Assembly: GCA_021736605.1 (NCBI GenBank)
Contig: JAIPFQ010000001.1
Span: 1 to 54,536, forward strand
Source of the DNA: Spirochaetales bacterium
Lineage (GTDB): Bacteria > Spirochaetota > Spirochaetia > PWKH01
Direction: 5' to 3'
DNA length: 54,536 nucleotides
The position numbers were made by a program, and so were the translations under genes. Shown in pieces: positions 1-7,574 of the stretch; position 1 is the first letter of the stretch; each line of letters begins with the position of its first letter. The notes under the pieces are model-generated. The model ran no database searches and was not told the DNA's origin. It saw only the letters and a program-made list of their open reading frames with translations.

Positions 1-713
1 TTTGCATCCCTTTCAATATTACCAATCAATTCAGAATAGGTTTTTACAGCCGTATCAAAACCGAAAGAGACCTCAATATGCTCATTCTTTAAATCACCAT
101 CAATCGTTTTAGGCGCCCCAATAACCGCAATACCTGCATCAGCGTTCTTAAAATATTCAGCCAGAACCGCAGCATTGGTATTGGAATCGTCTCCGCCGAT
201 TACAACCAGCGCATCAATTCCACGTTGATGGCAAACCTCAACACAGCGGTCAAATTGCTCCTCAGTCTCAAGTTTTGTCCTTCCGGAACCTATGATATCA
301 AAACCGCCTGTATTCCGAAACTCATCAATAAAATCGCTGGTAATTTCCACTGCGTCATCATTTAGAATTCCTGAAGGACCGCCCCGGAAGCCGTAAAGCA
401 CAGAATCTTTATTGGCATTTTTCAAAGCATCGAAAATACCGGCAATAACATTATGCCCGCCCGGGGCTTGCCCGCCGGAAAGAATAACTCCAACCTTAAC
501 CTTTTTTGAAATAGCAGTATTCTGTCCTGAATCAAACGAAACAATCGGCATACCGTAGGTATTCGGAAAAAGCTTCTTCAGTTCAACCTGGTCTGAGGCC
601 GCATCCGTGGCTTTTCCGGACACCGGTACCACATTATGGATATCCTGCCTGAAAATCCTAGGCAGCTTGGGCTTATACGTGTATCGATCTTTTTGAAGAG
701 GGGAATAGTTCAT
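1..713 (-). CDS. pfp: Pyrophosphate-dependent 6-phosphofructokinase (PFK family), N-terminal ~237 aa; 3' end runs off the window
   Basis: Not in the ORF track because it is open at the window edge. Hand translation of the reverse complement from ATG 713-711 gives [21 protein letters not shown]...[26 protein letters not shown]...[20 protein letters not shown]...[20 protein letters not shown]. These are the GGxAPGxN, GGDDS and PKTIDGD blocks of PFK. The long N-terminal lead-in is typical of PPi-dependent enzymes. Confidence 0.85.
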   Translation of the reverse strand, partial: MNYSPLQKDRYTYKPKLPRIFRQDIHNVVPVSGKATDAASDQVELKKLFPNTYGMPIVSFDSGQNTAISKKVKVGVILSGGQAPGGHNVIAGIFDALKNANKDSVLYGFRGGPSGILNDDAVEITSDFIDEFRNTGGFDIIGSGRTKLETEEQFDRCVEVCHQRGIDALVVIGGDDSNTNAAVLAEYFKNADAGIAVIGAPKTIDGDLKNEHIEVSFGFDTAVKTYSELIGNIERDA

Positions 714-824
714 GAAACATGCTCCTTAACATAATCTTGATCTTATCCTACTTTTTCAGAAAACCGCAAAATTTTCAACTGTTTCCTATAAATGATTGAC
801 CACTTTTTCACTTAATTATAGACT

Positions 825-2177
825 ATGCCTATGAATATATACAGATTAAAGAGCATTGTACAGCAATACGCCTGGGGTTCCGCAGTTCACATACCTGAAC
901 TCATCGGACAGAAAAACCCGGATAAAGCTCCCTTCGCCGAACTTTGGATGGGTACACATCCCAAAGGCCAAGGAGAAGTCATTATACCAGAAGGGGATAA
1001 AGAAATTTTTACAGGTTCAGAGCAAAACTCTGGGAATATACCTGCTGATGCTTCCGCCTCCGAATGTGCTCAGCAGGCAATTCGTTTGGACAGTCTCTTG
1101 AAACATAATCCGAAACAGTGGGGCGGGCTTGATTCTCGGGGGAGTGGAATTAAAGATCTTCCCTTTCTCTTCAAAGTTCTTGCCATTGAAAAGCCCTTGT
1201 CCATACAGTGTCACCCCAATAAGGAACAGGCTGAAAAGGGGTTTGAAAGGGAAAACAAGCAGGGGATTCCTTTGGATGCCTTCAATCGGTCCTACAAAGA
1301 CAAAAACCATAAACCGGAAATACTCTGTGCCGTCAGCCCATTTACCGCAATGTGCGGCTTCCGCGATCTTAAAACTATAGATGATCTCTTCATGAAAACC
1401 GGGTCTCACTGGTATTTGATGTATCTGAGACCGCTGGTTCAGGACCGCGGGCTCCCCGAAGAAGAACGCTGCCGCAAGCTTGTTGAACGGCTTCTGAGCC
1501 TGCCTGAAAATAAAGCGAAACTCACAGTAGAAGAAATATGCGGATATATAGAAAAAAAAGAGCTTATGGAGGATGATCCTGCCTGCCCGTTCTCACTGGT
1601 GATGCAGCTTCATCGGGAATATCCACAGGACATAGGAGCTCTGGCTCCACTCTATCTGAATGTTATCCATCTGCAGCCCGGAGAAGCTCTTTATCAGCCT
1701 GCAGGAGAACTCCATGCCTACATACATGGTTTGGGAGTTGAGCTTATGGCAAACTCGGACAATGTCCTTCGCGGCGGACTGACGGAAAAATATATCGATA
1801 CTGCCGAGCTGATGGAGATTCTTTACTACAAAGACAGTGCTAAAGAAAGTCTTAAAGCTGCTCCATGTGAGGTTAAAGCCGGAACCCTTTATTCTTATGT
1901 TACTCCAGCGAAGGATTTTTCGCTGCGGCGCTGCAGTTCGTCCAGCTTTAGTGTCCAAGGTCGTCGCAGCATCGAACTTGCTATCGTTATGACAGGGGAA
2001 GCTCGTTTTTCTTATCTTGATGAAGAGAAAAAGAGGAGCATGGAGAAAGTTTTCAAGAAAGGAGAATCGCTGGTAATTCCTGCTGATATAAAGGAATACA
2101 CCTGCACTTGTACCGGTGATGTTTTTTTTGCCGCAATACCTTCTGATTATGCTGCCGAAAATCCGGGCACTGATTGA
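825..2177 (+). CDS. manA: Mannose-6-phosphate isomerase, class I
   Basis: 450-aa ORF with QQYAWGS, ELWMGTHP, the zinc-ligand block LSIQCHPNKEQAEKGF and ELHAYIHG. These are class I PMI signatures. A second in-frame ATG lies at 831. Confidence 0.85.
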   Translation: MPMNIYRLKSIVQQYAWGSAVHIPELIGQKNPDKAPFAELWMGTHPKGQGEVIIPEGDKEIFTGSEQNSGNIPADASASECAQQAIRLDSLLKHNPKQWGGLDSRGSGIKDLPFLFKVLAIEKPLSIQCHPNKEQAEKGFERENKQGIPLDAFNRSYKDKNHKPEILCAVSPFTAMCGFRDLKTIDDLFMKTGSHWYLMYLRPLVQDRGLPEEERCRKLVERLLSLPENKAKLTVEEICGYIEKKELMEDDPACPFSLVMQLHREYPQDIGALAPLYLNVIHLQPGEALYQPAGELHAYIHGLGVELMANSDNVLRGGLTEKYIDTAELMEILYYKDSAKESLKAAPCEVKAGTLYSYVTPAKDFSLRRCSSSSFSVQGRRSIELAIVMTGEARFSYLDEEKKRSMEKVFKKGESLVIPADIKEYTCTCTGDVFFAAIPSDYAAENPGTD

Positions 2178-2199
2178 AAGAACGGAGTGTATTAAAGTT

Positions 2200-2673
2200 A
2201 TGAACGTAAAAAGTATGACGATATGGATTGACGGAGATGGCTTCCCTCGGCAGCTAAGGGAAATTGCACTGCGCGCTGCTGACAGAACGGGCCTCTCCGT
2301 AGTTCTTGCAGCGGATAGAGCTCTACCAGTAAAAGTCAATGAAAAGGTGCAAATGGTAGTGGTAGAACAGGGTGATGACGAAGCGGACCGTTATATTGCA
2401 CAGCATGTGAAAGTCGGAGATATTGTATGCTCCCGAGACATCTACCTCATGGAGCGCTGTGTTGAAGCTGGAGCGGTCTGTATGGACGACCGTGGAAACC
2501 TCTATACTGAATCAAATATTCGGGAGCGCGTATCCATCAGAAAGATGATGGGCGAATATCGCCAATTCGCCGGAGACGGCGCGCACGGTGGAAATAACCG
2601 ATTCACTTCAAAAGAGGTGAAGGCATTTGCCGACCTTTTTGATTCATTTCTTACCAAACAACTTAATTCATAG
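2200..2673 (+). CDS. YaiI/YqxD family protein (UPF0178, DUF188)
   Basis: ORF 2116..2673 trimmed to ATG 2200, which avoids overlap with the end of manA. The N-terminus MNVKSMTIWIDGDGFPRQLREI and the ~155-aa size fit the YaiI family. Confidence 0.65.
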   Translation: MNVKSMTIWIDGDGFPRQLREIALRAADRTGLSVVLAADRALPVKVNEKVQMVVVEQGDDEADRYIAQHVKVGDIVCSRDIYLMERCVEAGAVCMDDRGNLYTESNIRERVSIRKMMGEYRQFAGDGAHGGNNRFTSKEVKAFADLFDSFLTKQLNS

Positions 2674-2679
2674 CTAACT

Positions 2680-2712
2680 GAAATGCTGTTGAAATGCTGT
2701 TGAAATGCTTCA
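2680..2712. repeat. 11-bp tandem repeat, about 3 copies (GAAATGCTGTT)
   Basis: GAAATGCTGTT occurs at 2680-2690 and 2691-2701, with a degenerate copy GAAATGCTTCA at 2702-2712. It lies in the 71-nt spacer between the yaiI-like and yitT-like genes. Confidence 0.85.
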
Positions 2713-2744
2713 TCTAACATGTTAAGAACATAGTATCTCTCGGT

Positions 2745-3656
2745 ATGCATCCGTATACTTTGCAAGGAACTGTTATGAATAGATCATTTTTTTCTTCCAT
2801 AATCGAATATGCTATGATTACTGCGGGTTCAGTCGTGACAGCCTTAGGAATTGTTTTGTTCCTTGGCCCGGCAAAAATTGCCGCTGGAGGGGTCAGCGGC
2901 TTGGCGATAATTCTTTATCACCTTACTGCTGCAGATACTGGACTGCTGATACTGTTGATGAGTATTCCCATTTTTTTTCTTGGATTGCTGATTTTTGGGA
3001 AACGCTACGGTTTCAGATCCCTTTTTGGAACATTAGTACTCTCTATATCTGTTACTATACTAGGACAAAGCATAGGCTATCAAGGGATTCTCCCCTATGC
3101 CGACAGAACTGATATTCTCTTATCAGCCCTTTTCGGAGGAGTCCTTACAGGAATAGGACTCGGCGTGGTCATGAAGGGAGGTTCTAACACTGGCGGTACG
3201 GATATCCTCGCTCAGGTTATTCAGCACTATACAAAGATACCTCTGGGGACATCTCTGATGCTGGTTGACGGACTAATTATTCTTTTTTCCGGTTTTGTTT
3301 TCGGGGTTGAGAGTGCATTATTCGCTGTAATAACCCTCTATTCCACCGGACAGGTAATAAATCTAATTACCAGCGGTCTGAATTATGCTAAAATGGCCTA
3401 TATTATTAGTGACAAGTATGATGAAATACGGTATGAACTGCTTCACAGTGAAGGGCTCGGCGGCACCGCCATTCAAGCTCGGGGGATGTATACTGATAAT
3501 AACAAGAATATCATTATGGCAGTAGTGAAAAACCGCAAGATCAGTCGGCTTACCCATATAGTTCGGCATATTGATCCGGATGCATTTATGATTATTTCCC
3601 CTGCCCATGAAGTGATAGGGGAGGGATTTACTCCCTTCAATCCCGGGCATGCTTAG
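2745..3656 (+). CDS. YitT family membrane protein with C-terminal DUF2179-like domain
   Basis: 303-aa ORF with several hydrophobic helices, then a soluble tail ending DPDAFMIISPAHEVIGEGF, typical of YitT/DUF2179. An alternative start is ATG 2775 (MNRSFF). Confidence 0.7.
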   Translation: MHPYTLQGTVMNRSFFSSIIEYAMITAGSVVTALGIVLFLGPAKIAAGGVSGLAIILYHLTAADTGLLILLMSIPIFFLGLLIFGKRYGFRSLFGTLVLSISVTILGQSIGYQGILPYADRTDILLSALFGGVLTGIGLGVVMKGGSNTGGTDILAQVIQHYTKIPLGTSLMLVDGLIILFSGFVFGVESALFAVITLYSTGQVINLITSGLNYAKMAYIISDKYDEIRYELLHSEGLGGTAIQARGMYTDNNKNIIMAVVKNRKISRLTHIVRHIDPDAFMIISPAHEVIGEGFTPFNPGHA

Positions 3657-3686
3657 GAAGAAAATTTTTAATAAGGAGAAGGAAGT

Positions 3687-4202
3687 ATGGATTTTAAAGA
3701 TGTAATTATCGGCAGAGAGAGTGTAAGAAACTACGATCCGGAAAAGGAGATACCTGAAGAAGTCCTTATGCGCATCCTTGAAGCCGGTCGAATTGCCCCT
3801 TCCGCTACCAATGCGCAGCCATGGAAGTTTCTTGTGGTAAGAAGCCCGGAAAAGAGGAAAGATGTAAACAAGTGCTATGGAAAGGCCTGGTTCCAGAATG
3901 CCCCTGCAGTTCTTATAGTCAAAGGGAAGAGAAAAGATGCTTGGAATCGCTGGGATGGATACAATTCTCTGGAGACAGATTTGACTATTGCTATGGACCA
4001 CATGATACTAGCTGCAGAGAATGAAGGGCTGGGTACATGCTGGATAGGAGCTTTTGATTATGAAGTTCTGCGTAAGGTCTTACCCCTTGATGCAGATGAG
4101 GAGGTTTTTGCGATGACGCCTCTAGGATACCAGGAAGACGCCTGGAAGAAAAAGAGTCGTAAAATCCGCCGAGAATTAGATGATGTAGTAAGTTTCATCT
4201 GA
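3687..4202 (+). CDS. Nitroreductase family protein
   Basis: 171 aa. RESVRNYDPEKEIPEEVL...GRIAPSATNAQPWKFLVV is the nitroreductase-fold FMN signature. An AAGGAGAAGGAAG RBS lies upstream. Confidence 0.8.
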   Translation: MDFKDVIIGRESVRNYDPEKEIPEEVLMRILEAGRIAPSATNAQPWKFLVVRSPEKRKDVNKCYGKAWFQNAPAVLIVKGKRKDAWNRWDGYNSLETDLTIAMDHMILAAENEGLGTCWIGAFDYEVLRKVLPLDADEEVFAMTPLGYQEDAWKKKSRKIRRELDDVVSFI

Positions 4203-4236
4203 ACTTTGTATTTTATGTGTATTTTTTATGTGGTGA

Positions 4237-4263
4237 AAGCCCTGCCATGCGCTGGCGGGGCTT
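4237..4263. terminator. 11-bp stem/5-nt loop hairpin between convergent genes (no clear U-tract)
   Basis: AAGCCCTGCCA-TGCGC-TGGCGGGGCTT, with one G-U pair. It lies between the nitroreductase stop (4202) and the LuxR gene stop (4334). Confidence 0.4.
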
Positions 4264-4333
4264 AATTAATGGAGTGCACCCTGCTTGTGATCTTCATAGT
4301 TTACTATTCTCAAGGAATCGCCCTGATGCTCTG

Positions 4334-5026
4334 CTAGGAATCTTCAGAATCTTTTTTGTCTTTTTTGCTGTCTATCAAACCTTGCTGTATAGCAAATTTT
4401 GTCATACCCACATCTCCTTTGGATTTTATCTTTTTCTTTATATTCTGTCTGTGTTTGTATACTGTATTAGTGGCGATATCGAGAACTTGTCCCACCTCAT
4501 GAGATTTATATTCATTATTTGAACAAATAAGATACATGACCTGTTTTTCTCGATCAGTAAGAATATTTGAGTTGTTATCCCCTTTTTGTGACTCTGCTTT
4601 TTTTATCGAATTGTCAATTTCACGATAACATTTCAGTATCTCCTTTGATAAATCTTTTAAGCTGGAATCTTTTTTAACAAAGCAGTCCATACCCATTTCT
4701 AAAGCTTTATTGATAATAGAATTATTGCAATAATTTGAATAACCGATGCATTTTATGTGATTACAATTCTTTTTTACAAAGTGGATAAGCTGACTACCGC
4801 CATTGTTATGCAAATAGAGTTCTGTAATAAGAATATCAACTAAGTGATTATTTTTTTTCAAGAGTTTCACAGCCTCCCTGCAGCTTTTTGCAGTGAATAT
4901 TAAAGAGAACTGATCTCTTTTCTCATAAAAAAAATTCTGCAGTCCGACTTTACTCGCATTACATGGATCTACCAGCATAATTGATATTTTTTTTGAATCT
5001 TTTTTTAAAGCTCTATGAAATACCAT
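4334..5026 (-). CDS. LuxR/NarL-type response-regulator-like protein with degenerate receiver domain
   Basis: 230 aa. The C-terminal LuxR HTH is LTDREKQVMYLICSNNEYKSHEVGQVLDIATNTVYKHRQNIKKKI. The N-terminal part is CheY-like but has MLVDPCN instead of the acidic pair, and ILITELYL where the phospho-acceptor Asp is expected. An AAGGAAAA RBS lies just upstream of ATG 5026. Confidence 0.7.
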   Translation of the reverse strand: MVFHRALKKDSKKISIMLVDPCNASKVGLQNFFYEKRDQFSLIFTAKSCREAVKLLKKNNHLVDILITELYLHNNGGSQLIHFVKKNCNHIKCIGYSNYCNNSIINKALEMGMDCFVKKDSSLKDLSKEILKCYREIDNSIKKAESQKGDNNSNILTDREKQVMYLICSNNEYKSHEVGQVLDIATNTVYKHRQNIKKKIKSKGDVGMTKFAIQQGLIDSKKDKKDSEDS

Positions 5027-5141
5027 AACTTTTCCTTTTTCAGATTGTATTTAGTAAATTTTAAAACAACTTATGGATAAAGAACACAACCTTAAAGGTA
5101 TAGTTTACTCACTGAAACGGAAAAAATTGTATTTTTGCTCT

Positions 5142-5714
5142 TTACCAATTCAAAATCTCTAAACGCAAACTCAATCCAAATTCAAATTGAGCGAAGGAAG
5201 GAGAATAGGAAGCAATTCTTTCAAGATCATCTGCGTTTCTGTTAAAGGGATTCCTCAATAGAAAATATGGTTCTATAAGAAATCTCTTATTCACATGTAT
5301 TGAATAACCTGAAGATATTTCTGTCATATAACAGCTGCTATTATCCGGCTTATTTTCTCCATACATAATGATATTCTGCAATAGAGTAAGTCCGAACCAC
5401 CAATTAGCAGATTTAGGAAAAAACTTTATCTTTCCGGAAAAATCCAGTATCCAAATTTCTTCACCGCTGTGTATGAAAAAATTTATTGGTATAGAGAATT
5501 CTGCTTTTCCTTTGAATCGAGCTGCCGGAGATATGCCGATATGGAAGTTTCTCAAAAACATACCGTCAATATCATGTGAATAAAGGGAAAGGATAAAAGA
5601 ATTGTTTTCATTTGTACTCAATTCATTATTCTCATCGATGGTATCTTCACTAAAAAGACAGAAAATGGGAAGAATGCTCAAGAAAATAATCATTAGAAAG
5701 GTTTTTTTTATCAT
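5142..5714 (-). CDS. Hypothetical secreted protein, small outer-membrane beta-barrel-like
   Basis: ORF 5142..5909 trimmed to ATG 5714, with a GGAGAA RBS 4-5 nt upstream. The signal peptide is MIKKTFLMIIFLSILPIFCLFSED. The sequence has an alternating beta-strand-like pattern and a C-terminal aromatic end, LRLEILNW. No family recognised. Confidence 0.5.
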   Translation of the reverse strand: MIKKTFLMIIFLSILPIFCLFSEDTIDENNELSTNENNSFILSLYSHDIDGMFLRNFHIGISPAARFKGKAEFSIPINFFIHSGEEIWILDFSGKIKFFPKSANWWFGLTLLQNIIMYGENKPDNSSCYMTEISSGYSIHVNKRFLIEPYFLLRNPFNRNADDLERIASYSPSFAQFEFGLSLRLEILNW

Positions 5715-5823
5715 ATTTTCTCCAATCAAAATGCTCCGTAATTTTTGTATAATTAAGAATACAATTGGTTCCGCAAAGAGACAAATCCCCAAAACTAATG
5801 ACAAAAGAAAAGAAGGAAGGAAA

Positions 5824-5855
5824 GAAGTATTCGGATATAGAAGTATTCGGATATA
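5824..5855. repeat. Perfect tandem direct repeat, 2 x 16 bp (GAAGTATTCGGATATA)
   Basis: Read directly: copies at 5824-5839 and 5840-5855. They lie in the divergent intergenic region between the genes starting at 5714 (-) and 5980 (+). Confidence 0.9.
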
Positions 5856-5979
5856 AACGAATTTCTCAATAAAACAAGATTTACTTCGCCTGAAACTCCA
5901 CAAACCCATAACATGCTTATTTTCAAAAAAATTTTTCTATTATTGAATCAGAAATCATTTTTACAGTGTCATATATAGT

Positions 5980-6699
5980 ATGAGGAATGTACAAATAGTT
6001 GGAAAAATTTCATGGATGCGAACAGAAATACTGAATGTTTTAAGTTCATGTTCAGATGAGTTGAATGTATTTTTCTCCAGAAGCTTATCTGATTACATGA
6101 AAGCGGTCTATCGTGAATATCCTTTGAATCCGGGACCGGATAAGGCCTATCACAATACAAGTAATACTCTTATTAAAGAAAGAAGAAATACGCATTTTTT
6201 CTGCATTGATATTGATGCTGTCAGAAGCAGTAAAACTGGTTTTAAGGATGTTATATATCTTTTAAGAAAGAATTTCTCTGTCCTGACCTATTTCAATTAT
6301 CCTTATGACAATAAAGATAAAAGTCTGCTCTCAGCCTTAGGTGTTCGGGACACAATATTTTTAGAGACTCCAAAAAAGGAAATTACATATAAAATCCGAA
6401 ACTTCTTTCAGGGGGGAGTCTATTCTGATTCTGAAACTCAACAAGAGGTGTCGAAAAATAAGCTTGAACACAAGAAATATCCAGTTCAAGTAAAACTGCT
6501 GAGCAGAAGAGAGATACAGATAATGATAATGATAAGTCAAGGAAAGACAAGCAAATTCATGGCTGTGGAGTTATCAATTTCAGTCAATACCGTAGAAACA
6601 TATAAAAATCGAATCAAGAAGAAACTTAACTTGGATTCCATAGCATCAATAACCCGATATGCTATTGCTTCGGGCTTGGATGAGGATATAAAAAATTGA
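5980..6699 (+). CDS. LuxR family transcriptional regulator with divergent receiver-like N-terminal domain
   Basis: 239 aa. The C-terminal HTH is LSRREIQIMIMISQGKTSKFMAVELSISVNTVETYKNRIKKKL. The N-terminal region (FFCIDIDAV...VLTYFNY...) looks like a degenerate receiver. There is no convincing RBS at 5980, so the start could be ATG 6016. Confidence 0.65.
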   Translation: MRNVQIVGKISWMRTEILNVLSSCSDELNVFFSRSLSDYMKAVYREYPLNPGPDKAYHNTSNTLIKERRNTHFFCIDIDAVRSSKTGFKDVIYLLRKNFSVLTYFNYPYDNKDKSLLSALGVRDTIFLETPKKEITYKIRNFFQGGVYSDSETQQEVSKNKLEHKKYPVQVKLLSRREIQIMIMISQGKTSKFMAVELSISVNTVETYKNRIKKKLNLDSIASITRYAIASGLDEDIKN

Positions 6700-6741
6700 A
6701 AAATTCCCCATGTGGGAAAATTTTATTTTAGGAGGGGTTTT

Positions 6742-7104
6742 ATGAAAAAAACTCTTTGCATAATTGGGGTAATTCTTCTGATTACTTCAATGACACTTAT
6801 GGCTCAGCCGATGACGGTTGACTCAATGTTCAATGAGGCTGGTGGAGAACCCTTAAGCCAGGAAGAAATGGAGGGTATTGAGGGAGAAGGTTTATTTGCA
6901 TCTCTTGTAGGGGGCTTTTTCTTGGGATCTATTGGGTATTTAACCAATTGTATGTATTCTGGTCAGAGTCCTACCTGGGGAGGAGCGATAGCAGGAGGAT
7001 GTATTGGTATGATCAGTGCTTACAGCCCTTCTTTAAGTGTTCTAGCAGGAATGAATGCAGCTGCTGGAACAAGCTTGCATATTCCTTCAAGTTTTCCGCG
7101 GTAA
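6742..7104 (+). CDS. Small secreted glycine-zipper (GxxxG-rich) protein, bacteriocin-like
   Basis: ORF 6712..7104 trimmed to ATG 6742, with an AGGAGG RBS 6 nt upstream. The Sec-type signal is MKKTLCIIGVILLITSMTLMAQ. It is followed by the acidic segment PLSQEEMEGIEGEG and then a Gly/Ala/Ser-rich hydrophobic region, SLVGGFFLGSIGY...GGAIAGGCIGMISA. Confidence 0.6.
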   Translation: MKKTLCIIGVILLITSMTLMAQPMTVDSMFNEAGGEPLSQEEMEGIEGEGLFASLVGGFFLGSIGYLTNCMYSGQSPTWGGAIAGGCIGMISAYSPSLSVLAGMNAAAGTSLHIPSSFPR

Positions 7105-7123
7105 AATTAAGGAGTAAGATGAG

Positions 7124-7453
7124 ATGCTGAGGGATATCATCTATATAAGTCTATTTACAGCGGCTGCGCTGTTTTTGTGCTTAAAAAGAAAGTATCAGCA
7201 CAATGCTGAAAGCAGAGATAATAAGGATAGGAAAAGTAACAGCCGCGGGGCAGCTGGGTCGGATATTTTAATTCCTGTATGCGGAGCCCTGATTATAGTT
7301 ATCGGGGATATTATTATATACGGACCTTGGATTTCTACTGATATTCAGGCTCAAAGTCTTATTAACGGTCTAAAACTGTACATAGCAGAAACTGCATTGT
7401 TTGTATATACAGTTTTTAAAGTATGGGAGCAGCTTAGAAAAAAACAAGAGTAA
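7124..7453 (+). CDS. Small integral membrane protein (about 3 TM), hypothetical
   Basis: 109 aa. An AAGGAG RBS lies 9 nt upstream of ATG 7124. Hydrophobic helices are IIYISLFTAAALFLCL, ILIPVCGALIIVIGDIIIYGPWI and LYIAETALFVYTVF. It starts 20 nt after the upstream peptide gene. Confidence 0.55.
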   Translation: MLRDIIYISLFTAAALFLCLKRKYQHNAESRDNKDRKSNSRGAAGSDILIPVCGALIIVIGDIIIYGPWISTDIQAQSLINGLKLYIAETALFVYTVFKVWEQLRKKQE

Positions 7454-7514
7454 GAGGAATAAGATTTCTGTAGGTAAGCTGCACTTATTCAGGAGTTGAA
7501 GAACGGTTGGGAAC

Positions 7515-7567
7515 ATAACCACAAAGGATATTAATCAGCAGAAAGCGGCAATATCCTCTGTGGTTAT
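7515..7567. terminator. Long inverted repeat (18-bp arms, 17-nt loop) between convergent genes
   Basis: ATAACCACAAAGGATATT (7515-7532) pairs with AATATCCTCTGTGGTTAT (7550-7567), with one mismatch. It sits 8 nt beyond the asnS stop. There is no U-tract. Confidence 0.45.
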
Positions 7568-7574
7568 AAAATTA

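Noticed and set aside
796-833. Possible leaderless manA (TTGACC at 796-801 and TATAGA at 817-822, directly before ATG 825/831)
   Set aside because: The spacer between the hexamers is only 15 nt, and the geometry relative to either ATG is ambiguous. This is not strong enough to call.
1593-2339. 248-aa minus-strand ORF antisense to manA and the yaiI-like gene
   Set aside because: It lies entirely within well-supported plus-strand genes. The product is low-complexity (Ser/Arg/Ile-rich), and no RBS or motif is visible. It is a typical shadow ORF.
3363-4001. 212-aa minus-strand ORF spanning the end of the yitT-like gene and the start of the nitroreductase gene
   Set aside because: It crosses an intergenic region with a plus-strand RBS, is antisense to two motif-supported genes, and has no recognisable domain.
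4217-4522. 101-aa plus-strand ORF
   Set aside because: It starts inside the terminator hairpin region and runs antisense into the LuxR gene. It has no RBS.
6820-6900. Reading PLSQEEMEGIEGEG as a genuine double-glycine leader processed by the C39-like protein at 39197
   Set aside because: The motif ends GE-G rather than GG, and it follows a normal Sec signal peptide instead of being N-terminal. The peptidase gene is 32 kb away with no transporter. The resemblance is noted, but the functional link is not claimed.
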